Source: Bryobacterales bacterium
Lineage (GTDB): Bacteria; Acidobacteriota; Terriglobia; Bryobacterales; Bryobacteraceae
Assembly: GCA_038322675.1 (NCBI GenBank)
Contig: JBBQGE010000020.1
Coordinates: 18,020 to 82,019, forward strand
Reading direction: 5' to 3'
Length of the DNA: 64,000 nt
Both the position numbers and the translations under genes were made by a program. Each line of letters opens with the position of its first letter. Position 1 is the stretch's first letter. The notes below the pieces were generated by a model that worked only from the letters and a program-made list of their open reading frames with translations, did not search any database and was not told where the DNA came from. Shown one piece after another: positions 1 through 10,106 of this stretch.

Positions 1-1
1 C

Positions 2-511
2 ACCCCGATCGATGACCAGGTGGCCAATCTGGTGATGGCGCAGATGCTGTTTCTGTCGGCTGAGGACCCGGAAAAGGACATCTCGCTGTACATCAATTCG
101 CCGGGCGGTTCGATTACCGCCGGACTGGCGATTCTGGACACTATGAACCTGGTGGAGCCGGACATCGTGACGTACTGCATCGGCCAGGCGGCATCGATGG
201 CGGCGGTCCTGCTGGCGTGTGGAACCAAAGGCAAGCGGTATACGCTTCCACACTCACGGGTGCTGATTCACCAGCCCTCGATGAGCGGACTTGCCGGACA
301 AGCGACCGACATTGACATCTACGCGCGAGAGATTCTGCGGATGCGGCAGACGTTGAACGAAATCCTCGCGAACGCGACCGGCCAGACCACCGAGCGCATA
401 TCCCGTGACGTCGATCGCGACTACATCATGGAAGCCGAGCAGGCCCTCCATTACGGGATGGTGGACCGCATCATCTCGAGCCGCGAAATCTCTCCCGTGC
501 CGCCCCGCTAA
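2..511 (+). CDS. clpP: ATP-dependent Clp protease proteolytic subunit ClpP (5' end lies upstream of the window)
   Basis: The frame is open from the window edge. ClpP hallmarks are present: [12 protein letters not shown], catalytic-Ser context [11 protein letters not shown], His context RVLIHQP, and [11 protein letters not shown]. Confidence 0.95.
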   Translation, partial: TPIDDQVANLVMAQMLFLSAEDPEKDISLYINSPGGSITAGLAILDTMNLVEPDIVTYCIGQAASMAAVLLACGTKGKRYTLPHSRVLIHQPSMSGLAGQATDIDIYAREILRMRQTLNEILANATGQTTERISRDVDRDYIMEAEQALHYGMVDRIISSREISPVPPR

Positions 512-618
512 AGCAGTTCAGGGCGCGGCCGTGCGCGTCGCGCTCTTGTACCCCCTTCGAAACACTCTTCCGGCCCCGTGTGTCTCAGTAACGGAGAACA
601 TTTTCGGGAGGTTTTGAT

Positions 619-969
619 ATGCCGAGAGGAGCCAGTCCGAAACGCGAACGCGAATACGAGGAACTAAAGCATGAGTTCAAACAATCGGGCCGCTACCAGG
701 GCCGCGAAGAAGAAGTCGCGTCTCGCATCGTAAACAAGCAGCGCGCCGGGTACGGTGAGACGAAGGGCGAGGAGGCGAAGGACCGCAGGGGTGAATCGCC
801 GGACCGCAATCTACCCATCGACAACTATCAGCATCTGACGGTGGCGCAAGTGTCGAAGAAGCTCGGCGATCTATCGAAGGGCGATCTCAAGAAGATCAGG
901 AAGTACGAGGAGAAACACAAGGACCGCAAGGGTATTTTATCCGCGATCGACAAGAAGCTGGCGGCCTAA
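619..969 (+). CDS. Conserved hypothetical, highly charged 116-aa protein (N-terminus resembles a family often annotated 'plasmid stabilization protein')
   Basis: ATG lies 7 nt after the SD GGGAGG (606-611). N-terminus is MPRGASPKREREYEELK...VNKQRAGYGETK. C-terminus has an LTVAQVSKKLGDLSKGDLKKIRKYEEKHKDRK helix-rich tail. No function can be assigned from sequence. Confidence 0.6.
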   Translation: MPRGASPKREREYEELKHEFKQSGRYQGREEEVASRIVNKQRAGYGETKGEEAKDRRGESPDRNLPIDNYQHLTVAQVSKKLGDLSKGDLKKIRKYEEKHKDRKGILSAIDKKLAA

Positions 970-1002
970 GGGCACGGGCGACTTCCATATAATGGGATCG
1001 CC

Positions 1003-1764
1003 TTGTCTACCACTAAAGAATTCCAATCATTGACGGCTCTCATCACCGGTTCGAGCAACGGGATTGGGGCCGAAGCTGCCGTGAAGTTCGCCGAGCGCGG
1101 CGCGCGGGTCCTGATCCACTACAACAATGCGCGCGCTCAGGCGGAACAAGTGCTCGAACGCGTCCGCGCCGCCGGTTCGGACGGAGAGATTGTCCAGGCC
1201 GATTTGAGCAGCAACGAGGGCGTCCACACGCTGACCGGCTGGCTGCACACCCGCCCCGCCGATATCCTCGTGAACAACGCCGGTTCGCTGATCGAGCGGG
1301 CGCGCTTCCTCGATTTCACCGAAGATCTGTGGGATCGAGTATTCATGCTCAACTTCACCAGCGCCATGCGGATCACGCAGGCGGTGCTGCCAGGAATGGT
1401 CGAGAAGAAGCGCGGCTATGTGATCAACATCTCGTCGGTTGCGGCGCGCAACGGCGGTGGGCTCGGAGCTATCGCCTACTCGAGTTCAAAGGCTGCGTTG
1501 AGCGGGATGACCAAGGGCGTGGCGAAGGAGTTCGCTCCCATGGGAATCCGAGTGAACGGCGTGTCACCAGGGACCATCGATACCAACTACCACAAGACCT
1601 TCTCGACGGAACAGATGCTGGACGGGGTGCGCAAAGCGACGCCCTTGGGACGGCTCGGAACGCCGGAGGAGATAGCGGAAGTGATCGTGTTTCTGTGCTC
1701 GGAGGGGGCTCGATTCATCCAGGGTCAGATGATCGAAGCAAACGGCGGATTCCTGCTGGTATGA
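1003..1764 (+). CDS. SDR family oxidoreductase (FabG-like short-chain dehydrogenase/reductase)
   Basis: TTG start. Rossmann motif TGSSNGIGAEAA, NNAG motif, and catalytic S...YSSSK triad. Confidence 0.9.
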   Translation: MSTTKEFQSLTALITGSSNGIGAEAAVKFAERGARVLIHYNNARAQAEQVLERVRAAGSDGEIVQADLSSNEGVHTLTGWLHTRPADILVNNAGSLIERARFLDFTEDLWDRVFMLNFTSAMRITQAVLPGMVEKKRGYVINISSVAARNGGGLGAIAYSSSKAALSGMTKGVAKEFAPMGIRVNGVSPGTIDTNYHKTFSTEQMLDGVRKATPLGRLGTPEEIAEVIVFLCSEGARFIQGQMIEANGGFLLV

Positions 1765-1770
1765 GAAGTT

Positions 1771-1798
1771 AGGGGCGGCCCGGAAGCCGCCCCTTTTA
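1771..1798. terminator. Bidirectional intrinsic terminator hairpin between convergent SDR and TonB-receptor genes
   Basis: Perfect 9-bp GC-rich stem, AGGGGCGGC (1771-1779) with GCCGCCCCT (1786-1794), and a 6-nt loop. A TTTT run follows on the + strand. Confidence 0.7.
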
Positions 1799-1806
1799 CT
1801 AACAGG

Positions 1807-4800
1807 CTAGAACATGATCTTCGCACCGAGCTGCATTTGGCGATTGCCGCCTGCACCGGTGATGTAACCGAAGGTCTTGTTGCCGATGCCCGTATCCGGG
1901 TTGTTCCACTGCGGCGTATTCACCACACTGAAGGCTTCGCCGCGGACTTCCAACTGCATCCTCTCGGTCACCTTAAACTGCTTGAAGATGGAGCCGTCGA
2001 CGTTCCAGAAGCCCGGTCCGCTGATCACGTTGGGGCTGAGGTTGCCGAACTGCAGGTTGCCAGGCTGCGAGAAGCAGTTGGACGTAACCGTCGCGCTGCA
2101 GACGGCCGGGCTGAACCACGAAGCGTCACGACCGTTGCCCTTTGTGACATCGATCGGACCGGTATGGTTCAGGGTATTGCTGTTGCCGGGCGCGCGCAGA
2201 ACCGACGAGTTCCCGCCGAAGTTCAGCGGCGAACCGCTGGCAATGGTGAGAACTCCGTTAACCTGCCAGCCGCCGAGGACGTATGCCGCGGGGCCGGACT
2301 TCAGCCACGCTCGGCCGTGTCCGAACGGAAGCTCGTATAGGTAGCTCTGAACGAAGTTATACTTCCGGTCGAAATCCAGGCGGCGCCAGTTGCGTTCCTG
2401 ATTGATGTAGAACGTCAAACCGGCGTCCTCGGATTGGTAGCCGAGTGCCTTGCTCCAGGTAAACGAGGTAGTGATGGCGAGCCCGTTCGAGTAACGCTTG
2501 TCCAGTTTGACCTGAAGCGCGTTATAGCTGGAGCTATAGCCCGCATACCGCAGGTTGGTGGTGGCCTTGCGCTTGAAGGCCTGGTACAGCGGTTGACCCG
2601 CGACATCGGCACCCAGCGTGGTGGACGCATTCAGGTTGTAGTTCGCCGGTTGATCGACACCGTGGTTGCCTACATACGCCACATCCAGTGCGAAGTTCGA
2701 GGGCAAAGCCTGCTGAACGGCGAGGTTCCACGACTCAACATACGGCTCGCGGAAATTGGTATTGATCACTTCGTAAGTCTGGTTGAGATCTGCGTTAGTG
2801 ATGATACCGTTGGTCGGGATATTGGCCGGCGTCGGAGCCGGGAATCCCAAAGCGAACGTGGCCACCTGGCCGCTGCCTAACAAAGCCGGGCCGTAGCTGT
2901 TATTCGGCAGATATGAGTTGTTCTGTTTCACCGGGAAGTTATACGCGTAGGTGTTGTCCGGGAAGGGCGAATAGCTGATTCCGAATCCGCCGCGGAACAC
3001 CGTCTTCTCGGTCATGCGGTATGCGATGCCGATACGAGGAGCAAAGTCCTTGTATTTGGTAGCGCGGCCGAGGTCCAGCGGATTGCCGCCCACACCGGCG
3101 ATGATCAGACTGTTCGTCTTCGGATCGTACTGCGAGAAGCCGCCGTCATGCGCCGGCTTGGCTGGGGGATAGAACTCCCACCGGAGGCCGTAGTCGAGGG
3201 TCAGCTTCGGAGTTATGATCCACTTGTCCTGAACGAACATATAGAACTCCCAAGCGCGATAGGCCGGGAAGATGATGGGCAAGTCGCGGCCGACTTCGCC
3301 CGGCAGATCCAGAAGGAAACTGGCAAAGTTGTTGCCGAAGCTCGTCGCCGCGCCGGGGATGGAAGTCTGCGCGGTATTAAAGATGTAGCGGCCGCGGGGA
3401 CTATAGGTCTGGGTCTGAAGTAAGTCGTCGCGAATGCGGCGAAGTTCAGCACCCCACTTGAAGGTGTGGTTGCCCTTCAGCTTGGTCCACGTGTTGACGA
3501 GATCGATGTTCGTCTCCGCACGGACCCACGGCAAACTGGCCGAGTAGCCGATGAGCGGGTCGGAGTATCCGCCGATACCGATGCCGACCTGTCCGCTGGT
3601 GAAGTCGCTAACGTTGACGCCAGGGATTCCAAGCGTCTGTGCGTCGTTTTTTCCATAATCGATCTGCCGGGCGTCGTTACGGTAGCGGTTGACGCCGGCG
3701 CGAGCTTCCATGATGAGAGTTCCGGAGAAGATGCGGTCGTAGTTAATAGCGCCGTTATGAGTCACCTGCGTACCGGTCGCTTCAAATCCACCGCCGTGCG
3801 GTCCACCCGCGTCGCCGAACGACGACTGATCCACGGTGGTCGGCTTGAAGTAGCTGTACCGAACCGAGATGCGATTGTTCTCGTTCCAGTTCCAATCGCC
3901 CTTGGCATCCAGTTGCCCGCTGTCGCGCGTGAAGGGAATCAAACTGAAGTAGTTGTTGTTGAGTCCCGCCAGGTTGGGCAGCGGAATCAGCGAAAGGATC
4001 TTCTGAGAGATCGGGTTGATCCGGCTGGACGGGATGATGTTGCCGGCGAACGGCGTGCGTCCTGTTCCATCGGGGTTGCCGGTCAGGGGATCGTAGACGA
4101 CGCTGGTGGACGCAGTGAGATTGCCGCCTCGCTCGTCGGCGGTCGGCAAGGTGTAGCGGTCCACGGCGTAGCGCCGGTCCATAACGCGGAGATAATCGCC
4201 GAAGAAGAACAGCTTGTTTTTGATGATCGGACCACCGAATTGGCCGCCCACGTAGTTATACACGAAGTGCGACCGGACGGGATCGTAAAACGCACGGGCC
4301 GACAGGGCGCTGACGCGGTTGAACCAGTAGGCCTGGCCGTGGAAGTCGTTGGTGCCGGACTTCAGGATGACGTTCGTGACGGCGCCGGTGGCGCGGCCCA
4401 GCGACGCTTCAAAGTTGCTGGTGCTGATGTCGAGGGTGGACAACGCTTCTAGCGGAGGGATATAGACAGTGAGGAGTCCCGTACGCTCGTTGTTGTCGAC
4501 ACCTTCGAACTGGACGTTGTTGGCCAGCCTCGATTGCCCGTTGACCTGGGTGGACAGCGAATTTTGAGGATTAAAGAATTCCGAGTGCGGACGGAACGCT
4601 TTCGTCGTGCCGGGTACGAGGTTGAGCAGGACCTGGAAGTTGCGTCCGCCGGGAGTCAGGACGGGAAGGTCCTCCAGTTGCTTGGTTTCGACCTTGCGGC
4701 CGGTATCGGCACGTTCGGTCTGCAGTTGCGGCGCTTCGGCCGTCACGTTGACGGTCTCCTGAACGTTTCCGGGTTGGAGCGTCAGGTCGACGCGGAGCGC

Positions 4801-5106
4801 ACTGTTGACCAGGACATCGACGTTCGCGCGGGTAACCCGTTTGAAGCCGGTTTGTTCAACGCTGACGGAGTAGACTCCAGGCGCCAAATCCGGGAACGTA
4901 TAGTTTCCACTCTCGTTCGTGGTGGCCGTGCGGCTCCCGCCAGTGTTGGTTGCGGTAATGGTTACGCGCGCGTTGGGAACGGATGCACCGGTCGGGTCGG
5001 TAATGGTACCTAGCAAGGTGCCATTCACAGCCTGCCCGAACATCGTGGCGGCGGTTATCAGAAGCAGCGCACACAATGCGACTGCCAGTTTCTTGAACCT
5101 GTTCAT
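1807..5106 (-). CDS. TonB-dependent outer-membrane receptor with N-terminal carboxypeptidase-regulatory-like domain
   Basis: Start chosen at the internal ATG (MNRFKKLAVALCALLLITAATMFGQA signal peptide, SD GAAAGGGG upstream); the ORF extends to 5136. CarboxypepD_reg signature: GTITDPTGASVPNARVTITATNTGGSRTATTNESGNYTFPDLAPGVYSVSVE. The remaining ~1000 aa are a beta-rich barrel ending in a terminal Phe (AKIMF). Confidence 0.9.
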   Translation of the reverse strand: MNRFKKLAVALCALLLITAATMFGQAVNGTLLGTITDPTGASVPNARVTITATNTGGSRTATTNESGNYTFPDLAPGVYSVSVEQTGFKRVTRANVDVLVNSALRVDLTLQPGNVQETVNVTAEAPQLQTERADTGRKVETKQLEDLPVLTPGGRNFQVLLNLVPGTTKAFRPHSEFFNPQNSLSTQVNGQSRLANNVQFEGVDNNERTGLLTVYIPPLEALSTLDISTSNFEASLGRATGAVTNVILKSGTNDFHGQAYWFNRVSALSARAFYDPVRSHFVYNYVGGQFGGPIIKNKLFFFGDYLRVMDRRYAVDRYTLPTADERGGNLTASTSVVYDPLTGNPDGTGRTPFAGNIIPSSRINPISQKILSLIPLPNLAGLNNNYFSLIPFTRDSGQLDAKGDWNWNENNRISVRYSYFKPTTVDQSSFGDAGGPHGGGFEATGTQVTHNGAINYDRIFSGTLIMEARAGVNRYRNDARQIDYGKNDAQTLGIPGVNVSDFTSGQVGIGIGGYSDPLIGYSASLPWVRAETNIDLVNTWTKLKGNHTFKWGAELRRIRDDLLQTQTYSPRGRYIFNTAQTSIPGAATSFGNNFASFLLDLPGEVGRDLPIIFPAYRAWEFYMFVQDKWIITPKLTLDYGLRWEFYPPAKPAHDGGFSQYDPKTNSLIIAGVGGNPLDLGRATKYKDFAPRIGIAYRMTEKTVFRGGFGISYSPFPDNTYAYNFPVKQNNSYLPNNSYGPALLGSGQVATFALGFPAPTPANIPTNGIITNADLNQTYEVINTNFREPYVESWNLAVQQALPSNFALDVAYVGNHGVDQPANYNLNASTTLGADVAGQPLYQAFKRKATTNLRYAGYSSSYNALQVKLDKRYSNGLAITTSFTWSKALGYQSEDAGLTFYINQERNWRRLDFDRKYNFVQSYLYELPFGHGRAWLKSGPAAYVLGGWQVNGVLTIASGSPLNFGGNSSVLRAPGNSNTLNHTGPIDVTKGNGRDASWFSPAVCSATVTSNCFSQPGNLQFGNLSPNVISGPGFWNVDGSIFKQFKVTERMQLEVRGEAFSVVNTPQWNNPDTGIGNKTFGYITGAGGNRQMQLGAKIMF

Positions 5107-5202
5107 TGGACCCCTTTCTCTACCTAGAGCGGCCATGGATTCGGCCGACCTGGACCTAAATCTCGAATTGCGAGTATTATACCCGATTGTGAGGGTGAAA
5201 TG

Positions 5203-6390
5203 TCACGCACGAGCGGCAACCCACCGGCGGATGCGGCGGTTGACGGGTTCCTCGAAGCGTTCGCACACGACGGCCGAGACCAGGATCACGAGTCCGATGT
5301 AGGCTGTAGCCGATACACCAACGGGGAGGCGCAGACCTGCGACGAACCAGCGCTTGAACCACCACAGCAGAGGAATGTGCAGGATGTACATCGAGTAACT
5401 GGCGCGTCCGAGGAAGACAGCGGCGCGGGTGGACAGAGCGCGGGCGGGCAGTCCGCCTCCCGCCGCGAGTCCGATGAGGAGTAGCGCATTCAGGGGACGC
5501 AGCAGCATCCCCGGCTGGATGGGTCCGGGTACCAGGCGCGGCAGGGCGATGAGCGCCGTCGCAGCGAGTCCGGACGGGACGTACAGCCAGATGCCTTGCC
5601 GGGCGAATACCGAACGGCGGTCGCAGAGTGCCTGATAGATTTGGGCGGCTGCGATTCCCAATAGGAAGTCGGAAAGATGATAGGCCGGCTTCCACCAGTA
5701 CGGTACCGAGAATCGGGCCAGCACCAGCGGGAGCGCCAGCGACGCAACGACCGCCGCAGTTGTGCGCCAGCGACCGCGGGGGCCGAACAGAGTTACGGCA
5801 AGCGGGAAGCAGAGATAGAAGAAGAGTTCGCACGACAGCGACCAGGCGGGTGTGTTCCAGAACACACCGGGATTGCCGGTCCACCCTTGTAATACGAGTC
5901 CGTAGCCCGCTAACTCGCCGGTTTTTGTGAGAGCCGAAGCGGGCGAAAAGCAGTAGGACACGATGAACGGCGAGACGATCAGCAGACTCAGCAGATAGGT
6001 CGGGTAGACGCGCGCGAGGCGTCCGGCGCCATATCGAATCAGCGCGGGGCGATTCCAGGCGGTAGCGCGATAACTTCGTGCCAGCACGAATCCGGACAGC
6101 ACGAAAAACGTGCCTACCGCGAGATAGCCGCTGCGGATGAAGACGAACAGAGGCGCCGAAAGCGACTCAGCCCAAGGACCCAGCAGCATGTTGTGGCCAG
6201 TCAGGTGATGCAGAATCACCCAAATCGCGAGAAAGAAGCGGAGTCCGGTAAGCGCAGGCAGAAGTACGCGGGGCTGCGCGGGCGCCGCGGCAGGCGCGGG
6301 AATCTGAATAGCTGTCGAGATGCTCCTATCGTAGCGCAAGGCGATGGATACAACGAGGTCTGGATATAATAACCACCGGATGGCGACCAC
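5203..6390 (-). CDS. Acyltransferase family 3 integral membrane protein (OafA/YrhL-like)
   Basis: About 10 hydrophobic segments. N-terminal signature LTGLRFFLAIWVILHHL. GTG start at 6390; a TTG at 6339 is an alternative, because the longest form overlaps the divergent ORF at 6344. Confidence 0.85.
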   Translation of the reverse strand: MVAIRWLLYPDLVVSIALRYDRSISTAIQIPAPAAAPAQPRVLLPALTGLRFFLAIWVILHHLTGHNMLLGPWAESLSAPLFVFIRSGYLAVGTFFVLSGFVLARSYRATAWNRPALIRYGAGRLARVYPTYLLSLLIVSPFIVSYCFSPASALTKTGELAGYGLVLQGWTGNPGVFWNTPAWSLSCELFFYLCFPLAVTLFGPRGRWRTTAAVVASLALPLVLARFSVPYWWKPAYHLSDFLLGIAAAQIYQALCDRRSVFARQGIWLYVPSGLAATALIALPRLVPGPIQPGMLLRPLNALLLIGLAAGGGLPARALSTRAAVFLGRASYSMYILHIPLLWWFKRWFVAGLRLPVGVSATAYIGLVILVSAVVCERFEEPVNRRIRRWVAARA

Positions 6391-6769
6391 ACTCGATCAG
6401 TATCGCGAAGCAAAGAACAGTTACCTGAAGTTGAGAAATCAGGCCAAGAAGGAACTCCTGGCGCGGTTCCACGAAGTGGCCGCGGAATTACTGCAACTAC
6501 AGCGCGAGTTGCAGGAGGACTTTGGCGAGAAGGTAGCGATGCCGAAGCCCGGCAAATCCAAGAAGCCGGCGAAGAAGGCCCCCGCCGCTCCGGCACCAGC
6601 CCCGGAACCAGCGGCACCGCCTTCCCCGAAAGCCGTGGCGCTTCAGAAACAGATAGCAGCGCAGCGTAAGAAACTCGCCGAGGCCCAGGCCGCCGGCAAA
6701 CCCACCAAGACCATCGACGATCGCATCTACGAACTCGAGGACGCGCTGAATCTGCTCGAACAAAAATGA
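6344..6769 (+). CDS. Hypothetical coiled-coil protein with Lys/Pro/Ala-rich central linker
   Basis: ORF with helical heptad-like ends and a KSKKPAKKAPAAPAPAPEPAAPPSPKA linker. The start is ambiguous: ATG 6344 follows AAGG, and ATG 6380 (MATTLDQ) is the alternative. No family recognised. Confidence 0.5.
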   Translation: MDTTRSGYNNHRMATTLDQYREAKNSYLKLRNQAKKELLARFHEVAAELLQLQRELQEDFGEKVAMPKPGKSKKPAKKAPAAPAPAPEPAAPPSPKAVALQKQIAAQRKKLAEAQAAGKPTKTIDDRIYELEDALNLLEQK

Positions 6770-6797
6770 TTCCGAGCCGCGACCGTAAGCGGAGCGG

Positions 6798-9245
6798 TTA
6801 GAACATCCGTTCCTGCCGCTTCAGCGTTCCGAACGCTCCGATGTTGGCTACCACGAAGGCCACCCGGAACTGGTTCTCGTTCCGGGTGCCGAAGCTGAAA
6901 CGGCGGTACTGCACGCTGAACCCGCAGCAATCGGTGTTATAGGTGATCTGCGTGGACGCGTATTGCAGGATTTTGACGCGGTAGTCGTAGAATGCGCTAA
7001 CTCCCGTGTTCCACCCGCGCCGGTTCTCATTGCCGAGCCCGGCGAGGAACCGGAACTGATTCTGACTGGGCGACAGGACAGGATCGTTGCGGACCTGGCT
7101 GTGGCCGACCGAGACCCAGTAACTGTCCTGGCGCCAGTCGGCACTGAGCGAGCTATTTACGATGTGGCCGCGGAGCGGATCGTAATCGGTCCGCCATTCC
7201 ACGCCAATTTTGTAGGTATATCGCAACGCGCTGACAATCGGCGAGTAACTTCGTAGCTGGTCCGCAAATGCGTAGCCGGTAATATCGGCGGTACTCAGCA
7301 CGACGTTGCGCTGTCCCGGCACGATGGCGCCGCCGAAAGTCGGGTCGAAATAGCGCTTCTGCAATAACTGCCAGCTCAGCACTTCACTCACCCGGCCGTC
7401 CTTGGTTCGCGTATACAGCCGATTGGTAAGAGATAGCTCGAGTTCGCGCGTATTGGCGTATAAATCGGTAGTGTCGAAGCGGATGATCTTATTGAAGTCG
7501 TCGACGCCGCTGATATCCCGGAAAGTCGCGCGGGGCTCGATGACATGCTTCAACTTGTCGGCCTTCAGCCACTTGGGTGCCTGAAACACCCGGCTCAAGG
7601 ACGGAAACAGGAGATCGGCGGTCACTTCGCGTCCGGTGCGCCAGAGGTTCGCGCCGGATGCCCGGTTATCCCCATAGCTGGACCCGTAGTGCGTCGCGCG
7701 GGCCGAGAACGTCGGCACCAGCGAAAACCCTTTCCAGTGGAATGCCGTCGAGACGCGGGGCGCGACGTCGACTCGATCGACGAACTCCCGGGTGGTAAAC
7801 AGCGGTTCCTGCCGCCGGAGTAGCGCTGCCGATGAATCGAACGATACCCATACCGGCAATACGCGATGGCTCACCTGGCGCTCGCGGCTCATGAACTGGA
7901 ACTCGGGCAACTTGCGCGTGATCACTTTGTAGGTGGTCTGCGGAGCGGCGCCGTCCGGCGCGCGGAACTGGAACACTTCATCGCGATCGAACACGATATT
8001 TGTGCCGAAAGACGACCAGTGCTTCGTCAGAAACCCAACCGAACGGGACTCCGCGAAAATCGCCTCATGGAACGACTCGGTGAAATTCTGCCGAAATTCG
8101 AAAGAGCTGAGGTAATTGAACTCGCCCCGCGCGGTCCACCCGTGACCCAGTTCGCTCCGGCCGGAGAAATCCACCAGAAATCCGCCCTGCTTAACGAGGT
8201 TATCGCCGATTTGCACGCCCCGGTCATTGACTCCATAGACCACCACGCCGAAGTCGGTGCGGGCGTTCGGCTTGCCCCGGAAGTCGACGTGGTGGGCGAA
8301 CCCGCGCTCGGTGAAGTACTGATTCCGGTAAGTCACATCATAACTCCGGTTGATGGCCCAGTAATAACCCATCCCGATCATCTTGCCGCGTCGCGAGCTG
8401 TTGCCGATATTCGGAGTAAGGAAACCGCTTTTTCGCGGATTTTTCTTGAGCGACTTATATAATGCGGGTGCGTACAGCAGGGGCACTCGGCGGAGCCAGA
8501 ACACCGACCGGTACGAGACGGCGCGGTCGAGCGGAATCACGTCGAACATGGGGCCCTTCAGAATCCACCATGGATTGGGCATCTTGCAGTCGGTGATAAA
8601 CCCGTCGTAGAGGATGTATTGATTCTGCTTGCGCTCGGCCCACTTACCCTGGAAGTAGAACGGATTGCTGGTGGTAAGCACTCCGGGCCGGGCGTCGATC
8701 TTGGCCGGCGATGTCCCGCTCACGTCGAAGAATTTGCCGGTCTTTTCTTCGAGATTGTATTCGACGCGCGAGGCCTGGAGTTTCTCGCCGGTGTCGAACT
8801 GTTCGAACCGGACATGGCCGCGGGCGACGGCCTCGCCGGTCTCCCGGTTGTAATCGATCTCGTCGGCCTGCAGCAGTATGTCCGACGTTTCCACTTCGGC
8901 GCGGCCGCGCAAGTGATACTTTTGGCCCTCCGCCTCCTGCCGGTCGGCCACCACGCGAATGTCGTTGGGTCCCGGTGCATTCGGACGAATTTTCTTCAAC
9001 TGGCGGGCCGGCGCAGGAGCCGACGGCGGCGCGGTTGAGATTAATCCGGGGAGAAAATCAGGCCGGACCTGCCCCTTCAAAAGGTAACTGGAGCACGCCA
9101 CGACTATGAAACATAGCTTCGCGAACGCAGAAAGTTCGTGACAAAACACTACGATTATGTTACCTACATTGGAGGGGGATACCTCGGCCGGAAGATGAGG
9201 TGTCTTCAATTGAGAACCGTAACACGAGTTGGATCCGGCCCGCAA
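6798..9245 (-). CDS. lptD: LPS-assembly outer-membrane protein LptD (OstA family)
   Basis: OstA-like N-terminal segment (LQADEIDYNRETGEAVARGHVRFEQ), then a long beta-barrel region ending in a terminal Phe (RQERMF). There is no ATG at the 5' end. The longest form starts at TTG 9245. An in-frame GTG at 9149 would give a cleaner signal peptide (FCHELSAFAKLCFIVVACSS) and avoid overlap with the divergent gene. Confidence 0.85.
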   Translation of the reverse strand: MRAGSNSCYGSQLKTPHLPAEVSPSNVGNIIVVFCHELSAFAKLCFIVVACSSYLLKGQVRPDFLPGLISTAPPSAPAPARQLKKIRPNAPGPNDIRVVADRQEAEGQKYHLRGRAEVETSDILLQADEIDYNRETGEAVARGHVRFEQFDTGEKLQASRVEYNLEEKTGKFFDVSGTSPAKIDARPGVLTTSNPFYFQGKWAERKQNQYILYDGFITDCKMPNPWWILKGPMFDVIPLDRAVSYRSVFWLRRVPLLYAPALYKSLKKNPRKSGFLTPNIGNSSRRGKMIGMGYYWAINRSYDVTYRNQYFTERGFAHHVDFRGKPNARTDFGVVVYGVNDRGVQIGDNLVKQGGFLVDFSGRSELGHGWTARGEFNYLSSFEFRQNFTESFHEAIFAESRSVGFLTKHWSSFGTNIVFDRDEVFQFRAPDGAAPQTTYKVITRKLPEFQFMSRERQVSHRVLPVWVSFDSSAALLRRQEPLFTTREFVDRVDVAPRVSTAFHWKGFSLVPTFSARATHYGSSYGDNRASGANLWRTGREVTADLLFPSLSRVFQAPKWLKADKLKHVIEPRATFRDISGVDDFNKIIRFDTTDLYANTRELELSLTNRLYTRTKDGRVSEVLSWQLLQKRYFDPTFGGAIVPGQRNVVLSTADITGYAFADQLRSYSPIVSALRYTYKIGVEWRTDYDPLRGHIVNSSLSADWRQDSYWVSVGHSQVRNDPVLSPSQNQFRFLAGLGNENRRGWNTGVSAFYDYRVKILQYASTQITYNTDCCGFSVQYRRFSFGTRNENQFRVAFVVANIGAFGTLKRQERMF

Positions 9246-9273
9246 GCCCGGGCCTTTGAGGCGAGATGAGCCG

Positions 9274-10101
9274 ATGAATTGCCGTTACTGCCGCGCATGG
9301 AACCACGAGGAAGAACACCGCTGCACACGGTGTGGCCGACGATTGCACTTGGCGAACGCCCGCCCGGCGCTCGACACCTATCCCATCCAAACCGCGACTG
9401 CTCCGGAACTGCTGGGCCTCGCGCGATCGCTGGCTGAAGACGCAGGTCCGGTACCCGAGCCCGAGCCGCAACCGGTGCGGGTGTCCTATCAGCGGCCGCT
9501 GTTTCGCGAGATGCAGCAGGTGATGACGATCCCGGTGCTGCGCCCCAGTGAACCGGTGGTCCCAGCGCGTCCGCAGCGTCATCGGAGGACGTCGCGGAGA
9601 GTCGACGCGGCTCAGCAGGCATTCGAACTGCACGAACCACGCGTGCGAACCTCGCTCGAGGCTGTGATTTATTCGGATGCTCCCGTGGCATCGCCGGTGC
9701 ATCGGATGCTCGCGGCCGCGCTCGACATGAGCATGGTGGTGATTGCGCTCGGGATGTTTCTGATCACCTTCCAGATCGCCGGCGGCCAGGTGGTGCTCAA
9801 CAAAGAGACCGTGCCGCTGTTCCTCGGCATCGCCGTCGTTTTCGGATTTTTCTATCACGTGCTGTTCTGCCTCGGGAACAGCGACACACCCGGCATGCGC
9901 TGGACCCAATTGCAGTTGCTCAACTTCGACGGCAGGCTGCCCGATCGCGATCAACGCAGCTTACGCCTGGCGGCGAACTGCCTCAGTTTGCTGGCCGCGG
10001 GTCTTGGTTTGCTATGGTCGCTGGTAGATGAAGAGAAGCTGGCGTGGCACGACCATATGTCGCGGACGTTCCCCAGCCCGCGCCGTAGCCGAATTCTGTA
10101 G
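9274..10101 (+). CDS. RDD family membrane protein with N-terminal zinc-ribbon
   Basis: ATG 9274 (the ORF opens at TTG 9229). CxxC...CxxC ribbon (MNCRYCRAWNHEEEHRCTRCGRRL). The C-terminal half has 3 hydrophobic helices and an RDD-type tail (LLWSLVDEEKLAWHDHMSRT). Confidence 0.8.
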   Translation: MNCRYCRAWNHEEEHRCTRCGRRLHLANARPALDTYPIQTATAPELLGLARSLAEDAGPVPEPEPQPVRVSYQRPLFREMQQVMTIPVLRPSEPVVPARPQRHRRTSRRVDAAQQAFELHEPRVRTSLEAVIYSDAPVASPVHRMLAAALDMSMVVIALGMFLITFQIAGGQVVLNKETVPLFLGIAVVFGFFYHVLFCLGNSDTPGMRWTQLQLLNFDGRLPDRDQRSLRLAANCLSLLAAGLGLLWSLVDEEKLAWHDHMSRTFPSPRRSRIL

Positions 10102-10106
10102 CTGGG

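Noticed and set aside
3466-4452. Long alternative-frame or antisense 'shadow' ORFs inside well-supported genes. Examples: 3466..4452 +, 5177..5884 -, 11604..12596 -, 12600..13721 -, 19706..21022 +, 21132..22088 -, 32710..33792 +, 45841..47214 -, 51917..52912 +, 53058..54017 +, 55329..55949 -, 60515..61435 -
   Set aside because: Each lies opposite or out of frame to a gene with strong family motifs. Their translations are Arg/Gly/Ala/His-rich with no recognisable domains. Such ORFs are expected in DNA of this GC content.
9195-9269. 24-codon upstream ORF after a strong SD-like GGAGGGGGAT (9171-9180) in the lptD/RDD divergent region
   Set aside because: The SD-to-ATG spacing is about 18 nt, which is too long. 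The ORF overlaps the 5' extension of the lptD ORF on the other strand and has no distinguishing features. There is not enough evidence to call a leader peptide.
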